Assembly (NCBI GenBank): GCA_018238625.1
Contig: JABCSY010000005.1
Location: forward strand, 16,746-80,745
Source: Promethearchaeota archaeon
Lineage (GTDB): Archaea; Asgardarchaeota; Lokiarchaeia; Sigyniarchaeales; SOKP01
Direction: 5' to 3'
DNA: 64,000 nucleotides
The stretch's first letter is position 1; every line of letters starts with the position of its first letter. Under the pieces are notes generated by a model. The model was not told the origin of the DNA, ran no database searches, and saw nothing but the letters and a program-made list of their open reading frames with translations. The translations under genes were made by a program, and so were the position numbers. Positions 9,856 to 20,254 of the stretch are shown piece by piece.

Positions 9856-11214
9856 ATGAGTGAAAAATTAATACTTAATGAAATTGACCAAAATAAAGAA
9901 GAATATGTCGAGTTTTTTAGGAAAATTATACAAGCTGACTCAATTAATCCACCCGGCAATGAAAAAAATGTTGCTATTATTATTGAAGAATACTTAAAAG
10001 AACAAGGAATAAAAACTGAGATTTTTCCATTTGGGGATAATCGAGCGAATTTAATTGCTTATTTAAACGATAATTTTACCGGAAAGAATCTTTTATATAA
10101 CGGACACATGGACGTAGTCCCTCCCGGTTCAGAGGAAGATTGGAAGTACCCCCCTTTTTCGGCATTCGTTAAACGTAATAAGCTTATAGTTAGTAGAGGT
10201 GCTGCTGATATGAAGGGCGGATTGGTTGCGATGGTTATAGCGCTGAAAATCTTAAAATCGTTGAAAATCGAAGTTTCAGGCAACTTAATTTTAAACGCCG
10301 TAGCAGATGAGGAAACTGGAGGAAAATTGGGGGCCGCGTGGTGTATAGATAATCCTCTAAAGACGATCAAATGTGATTTTGCGATTATTGGGGAACCTTC
10401 GGGGCTTAGTCCTCTTCCAAAAGCAATATTTTTAGGCGAAAAAGGACATCTTCAAGTAAAAATAACTACGAATGGAATTTCTGGTCATGCGTCAATGCCT
10501 TCAATGGGTAAAAATGCAATATATATGATGAGTGAAATTATTGAAAATTTAAATAAAATTGACGAGTACATACCTAAAAGTAAACCGCCTATAGAAATGG
10601 ACAAACTTAAAAAATTGATTGGGGTAGCTTTTCCAAGCGAAGAGATTCTGGAAAGAATTATGAACGACCAACCTATGCTGCAAAGTGTTATCCAATCTCT
10701 TGTTAAATTCTCTAAAGCGTTAACGATGATAAAAGGAGGTATTAAAGAAAACGTAATTCCTGATTCATGTGAAGCTGTAATTGATTTCAGACTTTTACCA
10801 GGGCAAAAAGTTGACCCGATAATGAATGGTCTAAAGAAGTTAATCGAAGAAGACTTAGGATACTTAGTTAAAAATCAAATACTTAGTGCTTCAAAAGATG
10901 TTTGTGTTGTTTTAGAAATCTTTAACTCCTCTGAGGGATCTTACTGGAAGCAATGGGAAAAGTCTCAAGATTTAAAAGAATTTTATAATATTGTTGAAAC
11001 TATTTATGAAAAGAAACCATTTTATTTTCTTTTACCCGCTTCTGCTGACGCACATTACTTACGTAACGATGGGTATTGTCCTCAAACAATCTTGTTTGGA
11101 CCGGGTAGCGCGGGAACTGCTCACGCGGTTGACGAATATATAGAAATTCAAGACTTTATCAATTCAATTAAAGTGTTTGCGCTTTTTGCTTATAATTTTT
11201 TAAGTAGTAAATAA
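9856..11214 (+). CDS. M20 metallopeptidase (ArgE/DapE family)
   Basis: NGHMDVVP, RGAADMKGG, ADEE, GEP and AHAVDE motifs. Confidence 0.93.
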   Translation: MSEKLILNEIDQNKEEYVEFFRKIIQADSINPPGNEKNVAIIIEEYLKEQGIKTEIFPFGDNRANLIAYLNDNFTGKNLLYNGHMDVVPPGSEEDWKYPPFSAFVKRNKLIVSRGAADMKGGLVAMVIALKILKSLKIEVSGNLILNAVADEETGGKLGAAWCIDNPLKTIKCDFAIIGEPSGLSPLPKAIFLGEKGHLQVKITTNGISGHASMPSMGKNAIYMMSEIIENLNKIDEYIPKSKPPIEMDKLKKLIGVAFPSEEILERIMNDQPMLQSVIQSLVKFSKALTMIKGGIKENVIPDSCEAVIDFRLLPGQKVDPIMNGLKKLIEEDLGYLVKNQILSASKDVCVVLEIFNSSEGSYWKQWEKSQDLKEFYNIVETIYEKKPFYFLLPASADAHYLRNDGYCPQTILFGPGSAGTAHAVDEYIEIQDFINSIKVFALFAYNFLSSK

Positions 11215-11239
11215 ACGAAAAAAAAACGGAAAAAGAATT

Positions 11240-12415
11240 TTGCACGATATAAAGATAGAAGATTGCGTTGTGCTCATAGATTCTTCTCGATCTATGTTAA
11301 GAAAAGACTTTAAGCCTAATCGACTTTTTGTCGCCTTAGAAAGCGTTAAAAACTTTATTAATGAGAAATTTACGATCGATCCCAAAGATAGAATTGCAGT
11401 GCTCTCTATTGGGGCAACTATAAAGAAACTGAGTTCCTTTACACACGAAGAAGAAAAATTGATTAACTCTTTAAAGAAAATTCATGTCTCTGGGATTGGT
11501 ACACTAGACGAAGGATTAGCTTTTTCTTTGCAAATCTTAGTAAAGGAGATGCGGAAGTTAGGCGGAAAAACGTATAGAATTTTTATTGTCTCCGATAATA
11601 AATTGAAGCTTAGCAATAAAATTCAAAAAATAGTCGATATTGCTAAAGGATTGGGGATATATATTGACGCTTGCCAATTAGGCAAAACGGAAGACTATTC
11701 TCAAAGTATTTTGAAAAAGATTGTAAGACTTACAGGCGGAAAATTTGGATTTTTCAACAATTCAAAAGCGGTGTTAAATGCGGGAAGGTCATTCGCGCCA
11801 AAAAAGGAACCTAAAATAACAACTGACTATTTTGGACCAAATAAGAAAAACGAGTTAGCCCCTCTGATAAGCGATATAGCTTTACCATTGAGGAGACCAA
11901 GCTTATTAGATATTAGGCTAATGATGAGTAGTAAAGAAAGGGGGCAAGAAAAATGTCAGATTTGTCACTCCGTTAAGGCACCAATAACAGGAGCGGATTT
12001 CTTTAGCGAAGGAAGGTATTGTCCATCGTGTGAACGCCCGATGCACCTTTCTTGCTCAGCGATGTGGGCTAAGAAAACAGAATACAGAGAAATGGTTTTC
12101 AGGTGCCCTTTCTGTTATTTCTTGTTAGAACTTCCCCTATCTGCAGCAAAATTGGTCGAGGATAAGCCTGACAACGAGCCTAAAATAAAATTGATCGATG
12201 AAAGCGGTATAAACACTACAAGAATGAGATTAATTCCAGAGTCTCAAATCGATGATATCGATGTGTCTTGTACTTTTTGTCATAGTATCTTTTTAGGAGA
12301 TTATAAAGCGTTTCAGTGCGAAAAATGTGGAGCTTATTATCACGAACCTTGTTTAAATAAAATGAACGATGAGATTAAAGCTTGTAGAAACTGTGGGGCA
12401 CAGATTAGCTTTTAA
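11240..12415 (+). CDS. vWA (Ssl1/p44- or Rpn10-like) domain with two C4HC3 zinc fingers
   Basis: LIDSSRSM..DFKPNRL MIDAS region; CQIC..CPSC-x4-HLSC..CPFC and CTFC..CEKC-x4-HEPC..CRNC. Confidence 0.8.
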   Translation: MHDIKIEDCVVLIDSSRSMLRKDFKPNRLFVALESVKNFINEKFTIDPKDRIAVLSIGATIKKLSSFTHEEEKLINSLKKIHVSGIGTLDEGLAFSLQILVKEMRKLGGKTYRIFIVSDNKLKLSNKIQKIVDIAKGLGIYIDACQLGKTEDYSQSILKKIVRLTGGKFGFFNNSKAVLNAGRSFAPKKEPKITTDYFGPNKKNELAPLISDIALPLRRPSLLDIRLMMSSKERGQEKCQICHSVKAPITGADFFSEGRYCPSCERPMHLSCSAMWAKKTEYREMVFRCPFCYFLLELPLSAAKLVEDKPDNEPKIKLIDESGINTTRMRLIPESQIDDIDVSCTFCHSIFLGDYKAFQCEKCGAYYHEPCLNKMNDEIKACRNCGAQISF

Positions 12416-12603
12416 AAGGAAAAAAATTTAATTTGAGTTTATATCTAAGCTATTTAAAATATATTATAATAACAAGAATCGTTCAGTTTGTTACTCTCAA
12501 TCTCATAAATTTGAAATAAGAGTGTGAATTACTTTAGTATAATTATAACAATTCTAATTGATAATTAACTATAACCTAACTATAATTTAAGAGGTAATAC
12601 GAA

Positions 12604-14652
12604 TTGTCCAATACTAAAAAAAATAAATGGGTAATTACTTCAGCTTGGCCTTATGTAAATAGCATGCCCCATTTAGGAAACATGATTGGAAGCGTATTAT
12701 CAGCCGATATATTTGCAAGATTTTGTAGGCTAAAGGGAGATGAAGTTGTATTTGTTTCGGGTTCAGATTCACATGGAACGCCCATCGCAGTTGCAGCTAA
12801 AAAACAAAATACATCAGCTCAAGAATTAGCCTTGAAAAATCATACCATAATTAAAGACTTATTTAAAAAATGGCAAATCTCATACGATAACTACACTATA
12901 ACTCATAACCCTACACACATTGAGTTTGTAAGAAATTTCTATATGGATATTCAGAAAAACGGATACATTTTTGAAAAGGAATTAGAATCGCTGTATTGTG
13001 AGCACGATAAACTTTTTCTTCCCGATAGATTTGTTGAAGGGATTTGCCCGCACTGTAAAGCAGAAAGTGCCAGAGGAGATCAATGTGATAAATGCCAAAA
13101 ATTACTAACCCCATTAGAGTTAAAAAGAGCTCGCTGTGTGATATGCGATAATCCACCCGTGCTCCGTAAAACGAAGCATTGGTATTTAGATTTGCCCAAA
13201 TTACAAGGTGAGTTGGATTGTTTTATAAAACAAAATCAACTAATTCCACAGAATGCTCGACAAATGTGTTTGAATAGCATCTCAGAAGGAATCCCACAAA
13301 GAGCCATTACTAGAGATTTAGAATGGGGGATTCCTGCCCCTTTTAAAGGAGCTGAAGAAAAAACTATTTACGTTTGGTTTGAAGCCGTCTTGGGCTATAT
13401 TTCCGCCGTAAAGGAATGGGCGGAAAAGAGTATTAAAGATCCAAGTAAGTTTGATTATTTTTGGAAGGACCCAGAAACTAAAACAGTCTTTTTTATTGGA
13501 AAAGACAATATAATATTTCATTTGATTATATTTCCTATTTTATTGTTATCCTATAACAAAGATAAAAACAATGGACAAAAATTAATACTCCCTTACAATG
13601 TTTCTTCTACAGAATGGTTAATGTATGAAAACGAGAAGTTTTCTAAATCGAGAGGAGTAGGAATATGGATCGATGAGGCTTTAGAAGTTGCACCACTTGA
13701 CTACTGGCGATTTACTTTAGTTTACAATCGTCCAGAAACTAGTGATACTTCGTTCTTATGGGCTGAATTTGAAAACAACATTAAAACATTAAACGATAAC
13801 ATAGGAAATTTCATTCATAGAATTCTAACTTTTATTGACAAACAATTTAATGGAATTGTACCCCATAAATTAGAATTCGACGAAGTTGACAAAAAATTTA
13901 TCAAGCGCATTAATAGCATTAGTTATGAAATTGGAGAAAGTATTAAAGCGTTCAAGTTAAGAAAAGCTTTAAGGGATATTGTTAATTTTGGAAAAGAAGG
14001 AAATGTTTATCTTAACGAAAAAGCTCCGTGGCATTTGATCAAGAAAGATAAAGAAGCTGCTGGGAATGTGTTCAATATATGCATTCAAGCAGTTTATGCG
14101 TTTGGTGTTTTACTGAGTCCATTTGTTCCGGGAACAGCAGAAAAGATTTTGTCGTACTTAAATATTTCCACTTCAAAGGACTTGAAATGGGATAGCATAA
14201 ACGAAAACGCCGTAAAAGAAGGGCTAAAAATTAAAAAACCTGAACCTCTTTTTCAAAAACTCGACGTTCAAGAAATTCAAGATAAACTTCAAAAATTAAA
14301 AGAACAAAAATCAAAGGTAGGTGGTAAAGAATTGGTTTCGTACGAAGATTTTAAAAAACTAGATATAAGAGTGGCACTTGTAGAGGATGTAGAAAAAGTC
14401 CCTAAAGCAGACAAACTATATAAACTGTCTATTGCTTTAGGAGACGAAAAGAGGACTTTGGTAGCAGGGTTAGCAGAACATTACAAAGTAGATGAATTGA
14501 AAGGAAAAAAAGTAATAATACTAGCCAATTTAGAACCGAGAAAGCTGAGAGGTATTTTAAGCGAAGGAATGTTACTTGCGGCGGTTGATGGAGATGTCGT
14601 TTCTGTTCTAACACCTGATAAAGACATTCCACCTGGAGCAAAAATAGAATAA
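12604..14652 (+). CDS. metG: methionine--tRNA ligase
   Basis: PYVN..HLGN (HIGH-type), Zn knuckle, YVWFEA, KFSKS, C-terminal tRNA-binding OB domain. Confidence 0.97.
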   Translation: MSNTKKNKWVITSAWPYVNSMPHLGNMIGSVLSADIFARFCRLKGDEVVFVSGSDSHGTPIAVAAKKQNTSAQELALKNHTIIKDLFKKWQISYDNYTITHNPTHIEFVRNFYMDIQKNGYIFEKELESLYCEHDKLFLPDRFVEGICPHCKAESARGDQCDKCQKLLTPLELKRARCVICDNPPVLRKTKHWYLDLPKLQGELDCFIKQNQLIPQNARQMCLNSISEGIPQRAITRDLEWGIPAPFKGAEEKTIYVWFEAVLGYISAVKEWAEKSIKDPSKFDYFWKDPETKTVFFIGKDNIIFHLIIFPILLLSYNKDKNNGQKLILPYNVSSTEWLMYENEKFSKSRGVGIWIDEALEVAPLDYWRFTLVYNRPETSDTSFLWAEFENNIKTLNDNIGNFIHRILTFIDKQFNGIVPHKLEFDEVDKKFIKRINSISYEIGESIKAFKLRKALRDIVNFGKEGNVYLNEKAPWHLIKKDKEAAGNVFNICIQAVYAFGVLLSPFVPGTAEKILSYLNISTSKDLKWDSINENAVKEGLKIKKPEPLFQKLDVQEIQDKLQKLKEQKSKVGGKELVSYEDFKKLDIRVALVEDVEKVPKADKLYKLSIALGDEKRTLVAGLAEHYKVDELKGKKVIILANLEPRKLRGILSEGMLLAAVDGDVVSVLTPDKDIPPGAKIE

Positions 14653-14653
14653 G

Positions 14654-15898
14654 TTATAATTTTAAAGAGAATACAGGGTTTAATCGAGCTATTATTTCTC
14701 CAAGGTCCAATTGAAGCGTTTTTAGAATTACATCTCGCCCTCTATATTCGAATTGTAATTCCTTAACGTTTCGAACGATCTTTAATTTGTTACTATCTTT
14801 TACTAATTCGCAAGCAAAATATCGCTGGTCTTTATACTCTAAAACTTTTTGTACGCGGCTAACATCGGGCAACATGTACCCTCCACCGTGGGGTAATACA
14901 TTAGCATTCGTTAGTAGGTCTAATAGCTCTAGATTCTCTGCTCTTTCTAAAAAATTGTTATTCTTTAAAGTTCTCTCTGAAAAGTTCTTTTTCCCTTTAA
15001 ATAAATAGCACGCTACATCAGCTCTTAATGCTGTAGGAAAAACATTTGTCGGAACTAGCTCACAATTAACATCAGTACAATTACTTCCTAAGTACATGTT
15101 GTTATAATCTTTTAAAAATTGGTGAGAAGCATTGCATATTATCTCATAATCGGTACCAAATAACTCGTTTGCAATGATTTCTCGCTTTTTGTTCGAAAAG
15201 TTAATTGCTTTTTTGTTATAATCAAGATATTCTTTTGCGTCGGAATCTAACAAAATATATTGCTTTCCAAATTTTGTTTGCTCCGTTATAGCACGTTCCT
15301 TTAATGTTTTTGAAACATCGATATATAGACCTATCCCATATTTATCGTCGCGAAATTCCGGTGCTGAACCGTGAATCATGAACATATAAGGTGGAAAATC
15401 AATGTCTGAAAGAATTTTAGTTTCAAAACAATTTATAAAGTGATTAGATACGCCATAATCCCAATTTATTAAAACTTCATTATCATATAACTTTAAGCTC
15501 TTTACTTTATCTATCGTTTTAATAAGATCGTAAGGATCTGGTATTTCTTTTAATCCTCCAACTAGTATCCCACAACAATTTGGTTTTACATTTAGAAAAA
15601 TTATCTTGTCGTTACCATCCCCCCAATTTAGTCTCCCACCGTATCCTAACCCTGAATTCCAACGGAAGTTGTTTCTTGAGATAGTTTCGTCTGGAGACGA
15701 TATAAACGTAGCTTTAGGTTCAAATCCATGTTTCTCTTGAATAATTTGAAATTGTGCTAAACCATATTTCATGTTAGCCTTACATAATTTCGAAGCACCA
15801 TCGTTTAACCCAGTCGAAAAAATGTGTTCTTTTGCTCTTTTAAGCAAATCTATTTTAGATAATTCTGAAATTTTGTTGGATATCCTCATTGAACCCAT
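14654..15898 (-). CDS. divergent RtcB-fold protein
   Basis: ordered counterparts of RtcB motifs: SPD, NCCG, SNHF, IHGS, SHQ, PHGGG and terminal LNPVFSLK. Confidence 0.65.
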   Translation of the reverse strand: MGSMRISNKISELSKIDLLKRAKEHIFSTGLNDGASKLCKANMKYGLAQFQIIQEKHGFEPKATFISSPDETISRNNFRWNSGLGYGGRLNWGDGNDKIIFLNVKPNCCGILVGGLKEIPDPYDLIKTIDKVKSLKLYDNEVLINWDYGVSNHFINCFETKILSDIDFPPYMFMIHGSAPEFRDDKYGIGLYIDVSKTLKERAITEQTKFGKQYILLDSDAKEYLDYNKKAINFSNKKREIIANELFGTDYEIICNASHQFLKDYNNMYLGSNCTDVNCELVPTNVFPTALRADVACYLFKGKKNFSERTLKNNNFLERAENLELLDLLTNANVLPHGGGYMLPDVSRVQKVLEYKDQRYFACELVKDSNKLKIVRNVKELQFEYRGRDVILKTLQLDLGEIIARLNPVFSLKL

Positions 15899-15988
15899 TC
15901 TACTTAATAATTAAGTATTATTATATATATATATATACGATCGTTTAGTCAGATATTTAGAAAAAGAGATGTTATTTTTAACATAATT

Positions 15989-16627
15989 ATGAGCGATGTT
16001 AACGGCAATGTTTTATACGATTCAGTAAAGGGAATAAAGAAGGAAGGAGAGTTCGTAGGGTCTATAATTACTCGTTGCAACGACGATAAGGATTCTATTA
16101 TATTTTCTGATAATTTAAAAATATCTAACTCAGAAGGGATTTTCATATCTAACGGATTCAAAGTTGGATTCAAATTGATTTACAACAAAAAATCCGCTTT
16201 CTCTCGAAAAATAGATGAACTAAACATTAAAGATGCCTCGTCAATCGAATACTCTATACTTATTCCTGAGGATGTTATGCAAGTTTACGATGAGGGTCAA
16301 TTCTCTGACGCTTTTCCCTATACATTAAATAAACTTAATACAGCAGCTCTTTATTTAGATGATTATGAATATGGAATTAATCATTTGAATTTCTTTAAAG
16401 AAGAAATGCTTAGAAACCCCGTTGCTTTCGTAGGAAATGGAATTTTATTGGCCGATAGAGTAGTTATTGATGAGAGAAGTGATCCGGTATTCTATGATTG
16501 TTTAATAGTTGGAAGAGATGAAAATAGTAATTTATCAGTTTCTTATGAACCATTAATGACGGTTAAGAAATCCCTAACAAATGTTAAATGGATTATAATC
16601 TTAGGCATAGAAGAACTAAAGCTATAA
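15989..16627 (+). CDS. hypothetical protein, probably co-transcribed with the downstream ATPase
   Basis: 212-aa ORF with no recognisable motif. Confidence 0.6.
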   Translation: MSDVNGNVLYDSVKGIKKEGEFVGSIITRCNDDKDSIIFSDNLKISNSEGIFISNGFKVGFKLIYNKKSAFSRKIDELNIKDASSIEYSILIPEDVMQVYDEGQFSDAFPYTLNKLNTAALYLDDYEYGINHLNFFKEEMLRNPVAFVGNGILLADRVVIDERSDPVFYDCLIVGRDENSNLSVSYEPLMTVKKSLTNVKWIIILGIEELKL

Positions 16628-17865
16628 AAGGAAATTCACCCAACATGATTCTATACGAAAATAAAAGGAAAAAATTAATCAATGTGCTAAAATGGGGAAA
16701 TAATCCTTTCAAAAAGTTTGTTTGTACTGGTGAAATTAGAGAAGAGCTAGAACTGGTTAAATCTAGAAAAAGTTTGATTAAGACAATTAAAAAAATTGCA
16801 GAAGAAGATAACAACTTTATACTTCCAATCATAGGGGATGTAGGGGGCGGAAAGACGCACCTGTATTGGGCTCTAAAGAATTCTCTTTATTATTATAATA
16901 CGATTTATATTTCACTTGAATATATATATAAAAAGTTTTTTTATAATATTTATTCTGAATTTATCGAAAACTTAGAATTAGCTCCTTTAAAATTCATTAT
17001 TAATCGATTATGTGACGAATGGGGCGCGCTAGAACGAAGATTTGGTTTTTTCCACGTAGCAAATCTTGAAAAAATAAAAGGTTTTGCGTTTAAACTGTTA
17101 TCAAATAAATATAGCGAAATGGAAACTGAGATCTTAACTGACATCATATCTGGTATTGTGGCTCATCAATTAGATCCCTACAAAAAGATTGAAGCTGAAA
17201 GGTGGCTATTAGGGGAACTCATGGATGCAAAAGAACTGTCAAGCCTAAATATATCGCACGATCTCCGAAAGGGTAAAAATGCTTTTATGATGTTAAGATT
17301 ATTGATTGAAAATTCAAAATCAGGAACGATCTTGTTTATAGACGACTTTGAAAAAATTATTTCCATAACGGAACCAAAAGACGAATCTGCTGAAGAAATC
17401 TACGATCCTAGTTGGTTGTACGGACCTGAAAAGTCGCCAGACGATATTGCTGCTGAAAAAGTATTTAATAAAATCGTTCAATTACAGCAAATAGAGAGTT
17501 TACGCATAATTATAACGCTGAAATCTATCGATTCTTTAGAAGAAATAAAAAAAAAATATCAAGAACAGAACTCGGAGCTTTTATTTTCAATAAAGGAACC
17601 TCTCTTTCTTTTAGATTTTAACGAGGAAGACATATTTGAATTCTATAAAGAAAGCATGAGGCATTTTTACGAGAATATAGGGATTAGCGATTTTATTGAA
17701 GCTTTTCAAAATCCATACTTCCCCTTAAATAAAAGAATCTTGAGAAACATATTTGAAAATACAAAGGGTAACCCGAGGGAAATTATTAAAGCTCTAATCA
17801 AAATCTTTAACGAGATCATTTATTCAAACGAAAAGCTGGAGATCATATTAGAAAACTACGAATAA
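16588..17865 (+). CDS. P-loop AAA+-type ATPase (BrxD/DUF2791-like); true start may be ATG 16645
   Basis: Walker A GDVGGGKT, Walker B LFIDDFE, RWLLGE, YFPL..GNPRE sensor region. Confidence 0.75.
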   Translation: MDYNLRHRRTKAIKGNSPNMILYENKRKKLINVLKWGNNPFKKFVCTGEIREELELVKSRKSLIKTIKKIAEEDNNFILPIIGDVGGGKTHLYWALKNSLYYYNTIYISLEYIYKKFFYNIYSEFIENLELAPLKFIINRLCDEWGALERRFGFFHVANLEKIKGFAFKLLSNKYSEMETEILTDIISGIVAHQLDPYKKIEAERWLLGELMDAKELSSLNISHDLRKGKNAFMMLRLLIENSKSGTILFIDDFEKIISITEPKDESAEEIYDPSWLYGPEKSPDDIAAEKVFNKIVQLQQIESLRIIITLKSIDSLEEIKKKYQEQNSELLFSIKEPLFLLDFNEEDIFEFYKESMRHFYENIGISDFIEAFQNPYFPLNKRILRNIFENTKGNPREIIKALIKIFNEIIYSNEKLEIILENYE

Positions 17866-17884
17866 ATTAATTTATTAACAAATC

Positions 17885-18619
17885 TTAAACTTTTTTCTTT
17901 AAAATTCTTTGAAACGACTTAATTTCGGTTTTACATAATATTTTGTATTCTTCTTCCCATTTCGAGGAATTAATTTTTTCTATAAACGATTCTAATTCAC
18001 TTATTGAATCAAAATACTCTAAAATTAAAACTCTAACAATAAATTTGTTTAAAATTGTATAACCTTTTGAAATGTTTAGCAACTCAAATAATTCATCCCA
18101 AGTTTGAACGCTTCTTTTCAATATCATTAATCCCATTTCAAGAATTTCATCGTTGTTTGTATCTAAAATCCTTAGGAGAGTTAGTACAACTTTTTCGGGA
18201 AGCTCCTTTAATATCATTAAAATGCTTAAGGCGCTTTTTTTTATAGGCGCGTAATCTTCGTTTAACGCGTGTTCTATTATTTGATAAATCTCATTGTTGT
18301 ATTCGTGGTTTTGCAAAATAACGAGAAAGGATTGAATTATTTCGTTTCTAACCCATCTGTCTGAGTTAAAGTAGCTTTCGACCAAGAAATTCAAATATTT
18401 TCTGTTTAAGACTGTTTTGCTCCCAATCACACCTATGAGAAAAATCAAATTCAATTTTATTTTATTTAAGATTATTGAGTTCAGCGAATCTAAAAAATAA
18501 TCTACTATAACTAAAGATTTTTCGCTCGGGTTCTTGCTTAATTCTATTAAAATGTCGTTAATTTCTTGCGAATTCGGATTATCTTGAATCTTTAGTAAAG
18601 TCTTTTCGATATCTTCCAT
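17885..18619 (-). CDS. HEAT/alpha-solenoid repeat protein
   Basis: DRWVRNE and LNEDYAPIKKSAL HEAT-like motifs; all-helical. Confidence 0.65.
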   Translation of the reverse strand: MEDIEKTLLKIQDNPNSQEINDILIELSKNPSEKSLVIVDYFLDSLNSIILNKIKLNLIFLIGVIGSKTVLNRKYLNFLVESYFNSDRWVRNEIIQSFLVILQNHEYNNEIYQIIEHALNEDYAPIKKSALSILMILKELPEKVVLTLLRILDTNNDEILEMGLMILKRSVQTWDELFELLNISKGYTILNKFIVRVLILEYFDSISELESFIEKINSSKWEEEYKILCKTEIKSFQRILKKKV

Positions 18620-18669
18620 AAAAATTCTTAAACTTAATTATCTTTAAAATTTACCTACATTTTGACTTT

Positions 18670-20013
18670 TTAATCGTCAAACTTCTCTGTTTCAGGTATA
18701 TATAGATCCTTTATCTTCAATTTCTTTTCTTGCAAAAAATTCTGGAATTCAGAATCACTTATTCTATTTGAATCGAGGGCGCCACTGTTAACCAAGTAAT
18801 CTTTAAAATCTGAAACGATAATAATAACTTCTTCTTGGTTGAAAATTTTCTTTAGTATCAAACCATTTTTCTTCAATGAATATTCGGCGTAATACCAATA
18901 AAAAACGAGCGTTATTAATAAAACTAGAAAGTTATTCACTAAATTAACCTGACTACGATTCGTATAAGTCCCCGAAATTGAACCTGCTCCAGTTATCATA
19001 ACAATTTGACCTTCCATATAGATCAATGTAAATGCAAATAGAAAAAACGCTAAATTATTGGGGTTAAAAAGACGGATTTTGTAAGTCCTACTTCCTAAAC
19101 CTCTTATAACTAAAATTGCTGTAAAGACCATCAAGAAAACGTCAATAACTACCCGAAAAGAGTCAATTCCTGTTACTTGAGTTACGCTCCTAAAAGAATT
19201 TATAAAACTAAAGGATCTAAACCAAATAATTAACCAAATTAAAACGTAAAAAATTGATGAAAAAACGTTAAGAGTATCGTTTTTTTTACTTTTAATGAAA
19301 AGCGAAAATAAGCGGTAAGAGATTACTAATATCACGCCAAACATAGCTACATTCCATCCGTAAAACCACCATAGAGGTGTTATAGGGTCGCTTGGAGCTT
19401 GAGGTTCGAAAAATTGACTGAATGCAAAAAAAGTTCCTAACTGAGTTATTATTGGAATAGAAATTGCCAAGATTAAAAATAATACGCTTATGTAATTATT
19501 TTTATTTGACCGCACCTCTGGTAAAATTTTCCTGTTGGCTTTAAGAGACATATCCTCGAAACTAGTTTTTAGAAAAAATATTTGAGCCATGTTCCAACCA
19601 AAATAAGTAATTATGTAAAATCCAGGAAGAATATAATCCCAACCTAAAAACTGAATCGGAAGTTGCGTGGAGGTGCCATATAAGAAATACATTAGTATAA
19701 TACTAAAACTCACACTAAAAACACTTAAGAAAATTAGAATTTTGTATTGATCCATGCTTTTAGAGAATAAATATGTTTCTAGTTTGGGATAAATACCAAT
19801 AAACATTAAAATTATAAACGAAAGTGAAAAAGTGGTGGCTAGAAATAAGCCAATATCACCTAAAGCTGTGCTCCCTAGAAAATTAAGCACAATTAAGATA
19901 AGTACTTCAATAAAGAAGATTATAGTGTAAGCAATGTGACTCGGATTAAATATTTTATAGAAAAATTTGTCTAGCTTATCTTTAAGTCCTAACTTCCTAT
20001 TATTTTCACTCAT
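18670..20013 (-). CDS. polytopic membrane protein of unknown function
   Basis: about 10 hydrophobic segments. Confidence 0.75.
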   Translation of the reverse strand: MSENNRKLGLKDKLDKFFYKIFNPSHIAYTIIFFIEVLILIVLNFLGSTALGDIGLFLATTFSLSFIILMFIGIYPKLETYLFSKSMDQYKILIFLSVFSVSFSIILMYFLYGTSTQLPIQFLGWDYILPGFYIITYFGWNMAQIFFLKTSFEDMSLKANRKILPEVRSNKNNYISVLFLILAISIPIITQLGTFFAFSQFFEPQAPSDPITPLWWFYGWNVAMFGVILVISYRLFSLFIKSKKNDTLNVFSSIFYVLIWLIIWFRSFSFINSFRSVTQVTGIDSFRVVIDVFLMVFTAILVIRGLGSRTYKIRLFNPNNLAFFLFAFTLIYMEGQIVMITGAGSISGTYTNRSQVNLVNNFLVLLITLVFYWYYAEYSLKKNGLILKKIFNQEEVIIIVSDFKDYLVNSGALDSNRISDSEFQNFLQEKKLKIKDLYIPETEKFDD

Positions 20014-20254
20014 AGTTGATTTTTTCCTATTTGTTTAATATTAATATTCCAATTCTATATATATGATTTTCTTTTGCTTACGAGATGGATATTTAACGAA
20101 AAAACTTTAAACAATTGACTGACTCGCCTCAATTCGTAAACATTATTGTAAAAATGTTTTGAATACTTATTCAAATATATATGAAAATTTAAATAGCTGT
20201 GTTAGGATGTAGTGTATATTTATCTTATAACAGATTTACAAAAAAAAAATTAAA

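Noticed and set aside
16588-17865. Complete BREX defence system
   Set aside because: No pglX, pglZ or other brx genes in the window
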